Assembly (NCBI GenBank): GCA_963827235.1
Contig: CAWHAE010000009.1
Span: 832,001 to 896,000, forward strand
DNA: 64,000 nucleotides
Source: an uncultured bacterium
GTDB taxonomy: Bacteria; Chloroflexota; UBA5177; JANWHV01
Direction of reading: 5' to 3'
Below, piece after piece: positions 20,407 to 28,753 of the stretch (its first letter is position 1; every line of letters starts with the position of its first letter). The notes under the pieces were generated by a model, which was not told where the DNA came from, did not search any database, and was given only the letters and a program-made list of their open reading frames with translations. The translations under genes and the position numbers were made by a program.

Positions 20407-23400
20407 AGGCCATCCTTCCGGCCGGTAGCTTCGCTCCCGGCGAGACCGGCCTCTTCTGCATCAGCGGCGAGGATATCCTGGTAGGCGTAGTCACCTGCCT
20501 TTTGCTTCAGCCACTCGGCCAGCGGCGCATCAATCTGCTCCATCTCGGCGATCGCTGCCGCCAGCGCCTTGCGATCCAGCGCGGTGGCAGCGGCACGTAC
20601 GCGCTGTCGAAGTGACTCCGGCGCGGCCGATAGGCTCACCGGCACGCGGCTGAGCCTCTCGGCGATCTCCGCCTCAAAGCTATAGCGCACACCGGCCAGC
20701 CGCGCGATCTCGGTCAGAATCTCGTTCGCCTGGAAGGGTTTGCGAATGAAGCCGTTCGCTCCGCTCTGCAACACACCCGCGACGTCGTCTTCGAGCGTGC
20801 TCGCGGACACGGCGAGGATCGGCACCCGGGTGTCGAGCGCCCGGATCCGGCGCGTCGCTTCGCGTCCGTCGAGCTCGGGCATGACCACGTCCATGAGCAC
20901 GACGTGCGGCCGCACCTCGGCGAAGCGCTCGATCCCTTCCTGCCCCGACGCGGCTTCAAACACGCGGAAGCCAATGCGACTGAGCAGACTCCGCAGCAGG
21001 TCGCGATTCGTTTCACGGTCGTCCACGACCAGCACGCGCACCTCGGGCTGGCCCTGTGCCAGGCCGGTGATTCTGACCGGCTCGACGACGGACACGGCCG
21101 CGGCCTCTGAACGCTGCACGGGCACGCGCAGGGTAAAACAGCTTCCCCTTCCCAGCTGGCTGACGAGGGTCAGCTCGCCGTCCATGAGGGAAGCAAACTC
21201 GTGGCTGATGGATAGGCCCAGTCCGGTACCCTCGCCGGTCATGCGGCCTGCCGAGGTCTGAACGAAGGCCTGGAACACCGAGGCCTGTTCGGCCGGCGCG
21301 ATTCCGGGGCCTGTATCCTCTATTGCCAGGCTGAGCCACGTCCGCTCGTCGCCGGGCTCTGCGTCAGCACGCAGCACCACGCCGCCGGCGGAGGTGAACT
21401 TCACCGCATTACCCAACAAGTTGAGCAGAACCTGTCGAAGGCGGCGCTCATCGGCTTCGACATAGCGCGGCACGGTCGCGGCGATCACAAAGCTCAGCGA
21501 AAGGCCCTTGGCGACGGCACGACCGCGCGTGAGAGTCTCGAGATCGGCGAGCAGTCCCAGGAGGTCGAAAGGCCGTGATTCGAGGCTGAGCCGCCCGGCT
21601 TCCACCTTGGCGAGATCCAGAATATCGTTGATCAGCTCGAGAAGGTGCGCTCCGGAGCGGTGAATCGTCTCCGCGTACTGGAGTATCTCTGCCGGCAGCG
21701 TGCCGTCTCCACGCATGAGCTCGCTGAACCCGATGATCGCGTTGAGCGGCGTGCGGATCTCATGACTCATGTTGGCCAGGAACACCGACTTGGCCCGGTT
21801 GGCGGATCTGGCCTCGTCTCTCGCTATGGTGAGCTCCGCGGTACGAACGCGAACCAATTCCTCGAGTTGCTCCTTGTGCAGCCGCAGCTCGTTGGCGTCA
21901 CTCACGCGCTGCGTGACATCCAGATTGGCACCTACAAGCCTGACCGCGTGTCCGTCGGCGCCACGAATGCATCCCGCCGCGGCATAGACGTGCCGGATTG
22001 AGCCGTCACCGCGCACGATGCGGAATTCGTACGGGCTTTGGGTGCTGCCGTCGACGACGTTTTGCAGCGCCTGCAGCACGTGAGGCAGATCCTCGGGATG
22101 CACCATCTCTTGCCACTGCTCATGCTGTAGGGTCTCGGCGTGCGGGATCGCGTACAGCGCGAACATGCGGTCATCCCACAGTGTCAGGTCGGAGCGCAGA
22201 TCCCATTCCCACACGCCGATGGATGCTACTTGCGTGGCGAGCGAGAGATTTTCGTTCAGCGTCACCAGTCGCTCTTCGATGCGCTTGCGCTCGGCCAGCT
22301 CATCCTGTGAACGACGAAACAGCTCAGCATTTTCGATGGCGATGGCGATGTGCGTGGCCAATGCCTGGAGAACTCGCACCCGCTCTTGCGTGAACGCTCC
22401 ACCGACCAGCCGGTTCTCGAGGTACAGCAGGCCCGTGAAGCGGCCCCCGCGCGTAATGGGAATGCACAGGATGGACTGCGGCCGCTCCCGGCGAATGTAC
22501 GGCTCCTGCGAAAACTGCGGATCTCGATGCGCGTCGTTGAGGAGCACCGTCTCGCCGGTACGTCGAGCAAGGTAGAGGATCTGGCGAGGCAGATCGACCT
22601 CAGCCGGGTCGGGCAGCGGGACCGCGCGGGCGCCGCTCTGGTCGACGTCGCTGGCGCCGATGGCCGTGAGCCGATCGCCCTCGGAAGCACGCAGCAATAC
22701 CGCGCGGCCGGCTCCGGCGGTAGTGAGCACGATCTGCATCACTTTTGGCACCAGACTGTCCAGATCCAGCTCACCGGCCAGCACCTGAGATGCCTGCATG
22801 ACGGCTTCGAGGTCGAAGATACCGGGCTCCGGCAGCACCTCAGGATCCTGCCGGCGTCGCGGCTGGCTCCCTCCGGCAGTCTCCCGGCACAGTGCCGAGG
22901 CTCCCCAGGCAGCGAACATGCCGTACGCTTTGCGCTCGTACGCTTCCGCCGCCACCGGTATGCCGCGCCTCCGGTAGAAGCGGGCCGCGCACTGGCACGC
23001 GAAGGCGAGATGCCAGGGCCTCACCTGCTGTTCGGCTAGCGCGATGCACTCCTCAAATGCCATCGCGGCTTCCTCAAACCCGCCGTCGGCTTGCCGCTGG
23101 GCCTCCACGAGCTTGAAGAGATGCAGGAAGTTCGCCGGGGCGTCCAGGGCTCGTTCCGATAGCCACAACTGGTTGGCGGCGATCTGCTCGGATAGCGACG
23201 CGTTTTCGCCGTCCGCTAAGGCGACTTCTTGCATGCGGCGGCACAGACAGTATGAGTGCAAGAAGCAGTGCAGCGCGGTGGGATAGAAACCGGCAATGTA
23301 GGGTAGAAGGGTTCGCGCCTGCTCCACGAGGTCCAGGCAGATCGACCACTGGTCGAACAGGGCTGCTGCAAGGCCCCGATAGATCAGGTAGTAGGCTCTC

Positions 23401-26400
23401 GCCATGCCGTTCTGCTTCACGGTACGCAGGTGTTCGAGTTCGTCGAACTCTTCGTCGTCGAAGCTCCCGGGTGCCGTGGTCTTGCCGCGCAACGCGCGCG
23501 TCAACTGCCGAAAGGCCAGCGCGATCGAACACGCGTGCCAGTTTTCGTAGTGCAGGCCCAGGGCGAGTGCTTCAGCGGTTTCATCCTCGAGACTGGCGAG
23601 CGTCGCGGCGGTATCGAGCAGGGCTGCCTGCGGCGCGAAGGTAGCGTAGCAGGCGAACTCGTGGTCGAAGTGATCGAGCAGGACGGCACGAGCCCGGTGA
23701 GCGTACGCGATGTCTTCCTGCAACGGCCGAGACCAGTGGCAGATCGCCAGACCGTACAGGTGATACTGGCGTCCCGTGTCGGAAGAGGGCGGTAGGTCGT
23801 CGGTGACCGGGAGGGCTCGCTCGGCCAGTCGCCGCGGGGTCAGGTAATCGTCCCGTAGCGAGACCAGGGCTATGAAGGCAGAGTATGCCGTGGTAAGCGA
23901 TACCTCGCTCCAGCCGTGTGCGAAAGCGCGGTTCGTCATGTGTAGGGTGAGGGCAAAGGCAATGTGCGGCATGTAGAACAGCGCCGGCGCGCGTATCCTG
24001 CTCATGACCTTGTTCGCGGCTTGCGCTATGGGATCTCGCGTCCCCGACAGCTCGAGCGGTCTGTCCAGAATCCCGGCCGCAATCCAGGTGTCGAGCTGCG
24101 CCAGCTCCGAGGCCAGCGTCGTCTCGAGATTCTCCGTATCGATGTGGTAGCCAAGCTGGTCGAGAAAGCGCAAGCCGAGCGCGACGCCCTCGCCGAAACG
24201 CGTGCGATTAGACAGGCTCATGGCCTGCAGGCACACGGTGTCGGTCCGGCCGAGCACGTCGATCGGCAGGGCTTCGTACCTCGCGTACACGGGATCGGCT
24301 TCGTCCAGACGGCCGAGTCCGTACAGAGAGGTATGAAGAACGGAGAGGCATTCAGCCTGCATTGCCACGTCCCAGGCACCTGCATCCAGAAGCTCGAGAG
24401 CGGACGACGCAAACCGATGCGCTGCCGTATACGTGCTGCCATGGATCGCGTTTCGCGCTGCCGTGAGCAGCAGGCCGGCAATGTGGCGACGCTCTGCGGC
24501 ATCGTCTGCCGCGGCCAGGCCGGCGATATAGTGCTCAACCACTGCCAGCAGTTGGTCCGGTGTGCGGACCACCCCGGTCGCCTCGAGACGCCTGGCAATG
24601 CGCAGGTGAAAGTTGCCGAGCGCGGACTCGGGAAGCAACGTGCGCGCGGCCTGCTGCACCCGGTCGTGACTGAAGACGAACGCCACATCCTCGACCCGGT
24701 CGCCCGAGGCGACTCGGTGGAGAAAGCCCTTGGTAACCAGCGTGGCCAGGCTCGCGGCTGCTGAGTCGAGATCTGTACCGGCAAGCGACGCCACCAGGCT
24801 GGGATCGAAGCTGTTGCCGACACATGCCGCTACGCCGATCAGATGCTGCTGATCGACCGGCAGAGTGTGCAGCCGGCCGACCAGCAGGTGCACGACGTTG
24901 TCCGCAAGGCTAACCCTTTGGCCGATCGCCTCCGGGTCCCAGTGCCAGCGGCCGTCGGCTGTCTCGAAGGTGAGGAGCCGTTCGGCCTCCAGGGCATGCA
25001 GTAGCTGGCGCACGAACAGCGGATTGCCTCCGGTTGCTCGCACGAGATGCGCGGCCAGCTCGCGCGCGGACTCGGCACTGCAGTGCAGGCTGTCCGCTAC
25101 CAGCTGGGTCGTGTCTTCCTCGGCAAGCCCGCTGAGCGCCAAGCGGCGGATCGTCGTGCCGCGGTGTTCGAGGCGTGAGAACGCCATCAGTGCCGGGTGA
25201 GCTGCATCGACTTCATTGTCGCGATAGGCGCCGATGATCAGGAGAGCTCCGATATCGACCTCGCTGAGGAGCATTTCGACCAGCTCGAGGGAGAGCGGGT
25301 CCATCCACTGCAGGTCGTCGAGAAAGAGGACCAGAGGGTGCGCGGGCCTTGCCACGACGCGGATGATCTGGAGGAAGGCGTGGCGAAAACGCGCCTTGCC
25401 ATCACCGACGTCCCAATCGGCCACTGCCCCTGGCAGACCGAGTAACAAGCCGAGCTCCGGAAGCGCCTCTACGAGGATCGCTGCTTGCGGGCCCAGGGCC
25501 GATGCGAAGTCCTTTCTCCACTCCGTCAGCTCTGCTTCGGGAAGTGAGATGACGTGCCGCAGCAGTCGGCGAAGACTGGAGGCCATTTGGCCGGATGGCG
25601 TGTCGCGGCGGTACTGGTCGAACTTGCATTCGGCGAATATGCCGCCGTAGGCCGTGATCGGTCCCTGAATCTCGTGTGCGAGCATGCTCTTGCCGACTCC
25701 GGCGTAGCCTGCCAAGAGCAACAGCTCCGTGCGCCCGGTGGATACTTCGGCGCTTGCGGCAAGCAGCTCGTTCAGCTCGCGCGCCCGCCCGTAGAGCTTC
25801 TCGGGAACCGTCAGCGTGGAGGAATAATCGCCCTGCCCGAGAGCGAAATCCGCGATATAGCCGACCCGGGACAGACTGTGCCGGCATCGCTCGAGGTCCG
25901 CCGCCAGGCCTGCCGCCGATTGATAGCGGTCGGCGGCGTTCTTCGCCAGCAGCTTTAGCACGATATGGGACAGGGCTACCGGCACGTCCGGTCGAAGCAA
26001 GTGGGGCGGCTGCGGCAGGCGCGCGATATGGCTGTAGATGAGCTCGTGCGCATCGCCGGCCGTGAAAGGCGGCCGGCCGGTTAGCATCTCGTAGAAGGTG
26101 ACGCCGAGCGAGTACAGGTCCGTGCGCCAATCGACCGTGCGATTTATACGGCCGGTCTGCTCGGGCGAGATGTAGGCCAGCCATCCTTTGACGATGCCCG
26201 GCTCCAGGTAGGAGCGCTTCTCCCGCGAGAGAATGCTTGCCTTACCGAAATCCACGATCTCGGTGGCGCCTGTTTCGGGATTGTGCACGATATTCTCGGG
26301 CATAATCTCGTGATGCACGACGCTCGCCCCATGAATCGCGGCGCAGACCCGGGCTACCTTGAGGGCCAAGTCGACGAACTCGAGGATGGCATAGGGCGGT

Positions 26401-26684
26401 GTGGGCTGCAGCACTCGCAGTGAGCCGCCGCCGATATCGGCAATCTCGAGGAGCTCCCCGTCGGAGCGTACTTCGCGACGGCAGAGCGTCGGCACACCCG
26501 GCGTTCCGGCAAGATGTGCGAGAATCCGGGCCTCGGAGGTGAGTCGCGAGGGAGTGCCTCCGGAGGAAGGGGGAGACAGCACCTTGAGGATCACGTGTGC
26601 GCCGTCCACGCGCCGCTTTGCGGCGTACACCGACACGTTGCCACCGGCATACAACAATCTCTGGGCTTCGTACGGCTCAAACAC
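20403..26684 (-). CDS. Giant Ser/Thr kinase-like + AAA ATPase + GAF + PAS + HisKA/HATPase + REC sensor
   Basis: DFG and YISPEQTGR; GYAGVGKS; FLDDLQW; GAF LYLENRL; PAS VWEWD; SHEIRTPLN; REC MDVVMP. Start uncertain: GTG 26684 versus 26765. Confidence 0.92.
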   Translation of the reverse strand: MFEPYEAQRLLYAGGNVSVYAAKRRVDGAHVILKVLSPPSSGGTPSRLTSEARILAHLAGTPGVPTLCRREVRSDGELLEIADIGGGSLRVLQPTPPYAILEFVDLALKVARVCAAIHGASVVHHEIMPENIVHNPETGATEIVDFGKASILSREKRSYLEPGIVKGWLAYISPEQTGRINRTVDWRTDLYSLGVTFYEMLTGRPPFTAGDAHELIYSHIARLPQPPHLLRPDVPVALSHIVLKLLAKNAADRYQSAAGLAADLERCRHSLSRVGYIADFALGQGDYSSTLTVPEKLYGRARELNELLAASAEVSTGRTELLLLAGYAGVGKSMLAHEIQGPITAYGGIFAECKFDQYRRDTPSGQMASSLRRLLRHVISLPEAELTEWRKDFASALGPQAAILVEALPELGLLLGLPGAVADWDVGDGKARFRHAFLQIIRVVARPAHPLVLFLDDLQWMDPLSLELVEMLLSEVDIGALLIIGAYRDNEVDAAHPALMAFSRLEHRGTTIRRLALSGLAEEDTTQLVADSLHCSAESARELAAHLVRATGGNPLFVRQLLHALEAERLLTFETADGRWHWDPEAIGQRVSLADNVVHLLVGRLHTLPVDQQHLIGVAACVGNSFDPSLVASLAGTDLDSAAASLATLVTKGFLHRVASGDRVEDVAFVFSHDRVQQAARTLLPESALGNFHLRIARRLEATGVVRTPDQLLAVVEHYIAGLAAADDAAERRHIAGLLLTAARNAIHGSTYTAAHRFASSALELLDAGAWDVAMQAECLSVLHTSLYGLGRLDEADPVYARYEALPIDVLGRTDTVCLQAMSLSNRTRFGEGVALGLRFLDQLGYHIDTENLETTLASELAQLDTWIAAGILDRPLELSGTRDPIAQAANKVMSRIRAPALFYMPHIAFALTLHMTNRAFAHGWSEVSLTTAYSAFIALVSLRDDYLTPRRLAERALPVTDDLPPSSDTGRQYHLYGLAICHWSRPLQEDIAYAHRARAVLLDHFDHEFACYATFAPQAALLDTAATLASLEDETAEALALGLHYENWHACSIALAFRQLTRALRGKTTAPGSFDDEEFDELEHLRTVKQNGMARAYYLIYRGLAAALFDQWSICLDLVEQARTLLPYIAGFYPTALHCFLHSYCLCRRMQEVALADGENASLSEQIAANQLWLSERALDAPANFLHLFKLVEAQRQADGGFEEAAMAFEECIALAEQQVRPWHLAFACQCAARFYRRRGIPVAAEAYERKAYGMFAAWGASALCRETAGGSQPRRRQDPEVLPEPGIFDLEAVMQASQVLAGELDLDSLVPKVMQIVLTTAGAGRAVLLRASEGDRLTAIGASDVDQSGARAVPLPDPAEVDLPRQILYLARRTGETVLLNDAHRDPQFSQEPYIRRERPQSILCIPITRGGRFTGLLYLENRLVGGAFTQERVRVLQALATHIAIAIENAELFRRSQDELAERKRIEERLVTLNENLSLATQVASIGVWEWDLRSDLTLWDDRMFALYAIPHAETLQHEQWQEMVHPEDLPHVLQALQNVVDGSTQSPYEFRIVRGDGSIRHVYAAAGCIRGADGHAVRLVGANLDVTQRVSDANELRLHKEQLEELVRVRTAELTIARDEARSANRAKSVFLANMSHEIRTPLNAIIGFSELMRGDGTLPAEILQYAETIHRSGAHLLELINDILDLAKVEAGRLSLESRPFDLLGLLADLETLTRGRAVAKGLSLSFVIAATVPRYVEADERRLRQVLLNLLGNAVKFTSAGGVVLRADAEPGDERTWLSLAIEDTGPGIAPAEQASVFQAFVQTSAGRMTGEGTGLGLSISHEFASLMDGELTLVSQLGRGSCFTLRVPVQRSEAAAVSVVEPVRITGLAQGQPEVRVLVVDDRETNRDLLRSLLSRIGFRVFEAASGQEGIERFAEVRPHVVLMDVVMPELDGREATRRIRALDTRVPILAVSASTLEDDVAGVLQSGANGFIRKPFQANEILTEIARLAGVRYSFEAEIAERLSRVPVSLSAAPESLRQRVRAAATALDRKALAAAIAEMEQIDAPLAEWLKQKAGDYAYQDILAADAEEAGLAGSEATGRKDGL

Positions 26685-27060
26685 GGGTCGCCCCCAGTCC
26701 GGCCGGCCTAAGGCGCCGGTGCTCACGAAGCACCGAGGGGCGCAGATCGCCGCCTGCGGCGCCACGGGCCGCGCCGCGGCAACCGCGCGCCGCCTGGGGA
26801 AGGCGAGGCGACGGAGCGCTATGCTGAACTAACGGCGGCGATAGCTCGCACCGGACGAGCTCCATGCCAGTCCTTTTCTTCGCTTCAGGCCCGCACGTTG
26901 ACGCGCTCGAAGGGCATGCTGTCCGCCCTGCCTCAGGCCGAGACGGTGGCGCTGGGCGTGCTACGGCTCATTGTACGTTGCGGGCTACCCGGCGGATATC
27001 CCACGTTGAGCACATCGGTATGCCCGTGCGGCCCAGTGCCGTAGTGCTCGGAGGCGGCGT

Positions 27061-27477
27061 TCAGCCCGCGGTAGCCGTACGCAGTCGCCCTATGGGGCTA
27101 GCAGCATGCCGTGCTCGGCTATCGACAGGCCGAACAGCACGCAGCGTCTGTTCCACTTCGTCGGGCGGTTGTCCCAGCCACACGAACGCGTCCGCGCCGG
27201 CGGCGAGCGCTTCAGTCTCGATCTCCGAGCGCAGGCTGAGCACGGTCACCGCCAGATCGAGCCGTAGCGCGTGCAGCGTGCAAAGCGCGGACCGGCAATC
27301 GGGGCGGAGCATATCCCAGTCCACCAGCAGCAAGGCAGGTGGATCCGAGCGCACCTGTTCCCACAGGGCTGCGCAATCCTGGGCCTCGCCAAGCCGTTCC
27401 AGGCGCAGATGGTGACGCAGGAGCAGCCGCAGTGCCGATCGCACGTCCTCCTGCTTTACCGCTACCAATGCATCCAT
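27061..27477 (-). CDS. Stand-alone degenerate receiver domain protein
   Basis: VRSALRLLL...LGEAQD...PALLLVDWD...ALAAGADAFV; lacks the acidic pair and the conserved Lys. Confidence 0.7.
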   Translation of the reverse strand: MDALVAVKQEDVRSALRLLLRHHLRLERLGEAQDCAALWEQVRSDPPALLLVDWDMLRPDCRSALCTLHALRLDLAVTVLSLRSEIETEALAAGADAFVWLGQPPDEVEQTLRAVRPVDSRARHAASPIGRLRTATAG

Positions 27478-27543
27478 GCGCCAACCCTTCGCTTTCGGCC
27501 CGTAGGACCTCAGAATCTACAGTACGCCTGCGCGGGCCGGCGG

Positions 27544-27610
27544 CCATCGACTGGTCAGGGGAATTCCCGCCTGACTGCCTGGCCTGATTTCGACCTGGCC
27601 GCTGGGAGAA
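27544..27610 (-). promoter_or_regulatory. Copy 1 of a 67-bp duplicated promoter element
   Basis: 58/67 identical to the reverse complement of 27977-28043; TACTGT 19 nt downstream on the minus strand. Confidence 0.7.
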
Positions 27611-27625
27611 GCAGGGCAGGCCCCG

Positions 27626-27692
27626 GGAGGAGGAGGCCGTCATCCCCCAGGAGGAGAGGTAGGAGGAGGAGGCCGTCATCCCCCAGGAGGAG
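27626..27692 (+). repeat. Tandem duplication (31 identical bp, 36-bp period) in a purine-rich tract
   Basis: ggaggaggaggccgtcatcccccaggaggag at 27626 and 27662. Confidence 0.85.
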
Positions 27693-27976
27693 GAAAAGTA
27701 AGAGGAAGAGGAAAAGTGGGAGGCAGAGAACAGGCGCTGCCGGCACCGGTATTCCGACCCGTAGCCCTCGCTGCATGTCGCGGAATGGGGCGGTGCTCGA
27801 CTGGAATGCTGCTTCGCACCGCCTCCCAGCGCTAAGGCCGGCTCGATCGAGTGACTGCGAACGTGGCGAGACGCTTGCCTCAACAGCCGCGGATGGTTGC
27901 ACGGAGCAGCCGGCCGTGCCGGGTGCCTACCTCCACCCGGCGGATAGTGACCCCCGCCACCTGACCGGTTCGCCGG

Positions 27977-28043
27977 TTCTTCCAGCGGCCAGGTCGAAAT
28001 CCGGTCATCCAGTCAAGTCGAAATTCCCCTGACCAGTCGATGG
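27977..28043 (+). promoter_or_regulatory. Copy 2 of the 67-bp duplicated promoter element
   Basis: Inverted copy of 27544-27610; TAATCT 19 nt downstream (28063-28068). Confidence 0.7.
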
Positions 28044-28130
28044 CTAGAGCGCCGCTCTCGCGTAATCTAAATCCCGGACGAGTACCAGTACGGCTAGCGA
28101 GAGCTGCCAGGGCGCAGGAGAGCACACGCA

Positions 28131-28430
28131 GTGCAGAACCGGCCTGTGCTCACGGTCGAGCCCAATTATCGCCTGGTGAGCACTTTCGAGGGGCTCAGCG
28201 AGGCGCAACGTGCAATCTGTCCCGATGAGGGCACCAGCCGGAGCGAGTCCTCCATCCATTCGGGCGTGGATGGCGGGCACCACGTGCAGGTAGCACTCAT
28301 CCAGGTAGAGCGGGTGGCCCCTTCCCGCCGCCACCCGCTCCACCGACGTATCTCGCCCAGCCACTCGGATGAGACCGGCAGTATCGTTCGCCTGCCTCCT
28401 TCCCTACGCACCGTAGGCCGGGAAGCGTGA
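28131..28430 (+). CDS. Hypothetical or degenerate ORF (99 aa)
   Basis: AGGAGA RBS then GTG downstream of promoter copy 2; no family recognised. Confidence 0.3.
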   Translation: MQNRPVLTVEPNYRLVSTFEGLSEAQRAICPDEGTSRSESSIHSGVDGGHHVQVALIQVERVAPSRRHPLHRRISPSHSDETGSIVRLPPSLRTVGREA

Positions 28431-28753
28431 CACACGTCAGTCGCTGGCGGCAGGTTCGTCCTGGACAGCGGAAAGACGGCTGCCCGGGTTCAGCAACCGC
28501 CACACACGTACTCTATGGCTAGTCCTCGCGCGCTCGTCCCGGCCGCGGGTCGCGCAAGCCAGCCTGGTGAAGGCACGTACTAGCTGTCGGCGAGTCGAGA
28601 AGACCCCCTCTTGGGCCACAGGCAGGGCTCCGGGACGGCGGTTGAAGGGTGACTATCGCCGTAAATTCGCAGGCAACTCAGCCCTATACCTGGTCGACCC
28701 AAATGACCTCCAATGGAGAAGACTCGGCTTACTTCGGCGGGATCTGGGGGTCC

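Noticed and set aside
27621-27720. Possible CRISPR mini-array
   Set aside because: Only two units with a 5-bp gap, no unique spacers and no cas genes
27544-28043. MITE/IS interpretation of the inverted repeat
   Set aside because: No transposase or clear target-site duplication; conserved external -10 spacing favours promoters, though a MITE is not fully excluded
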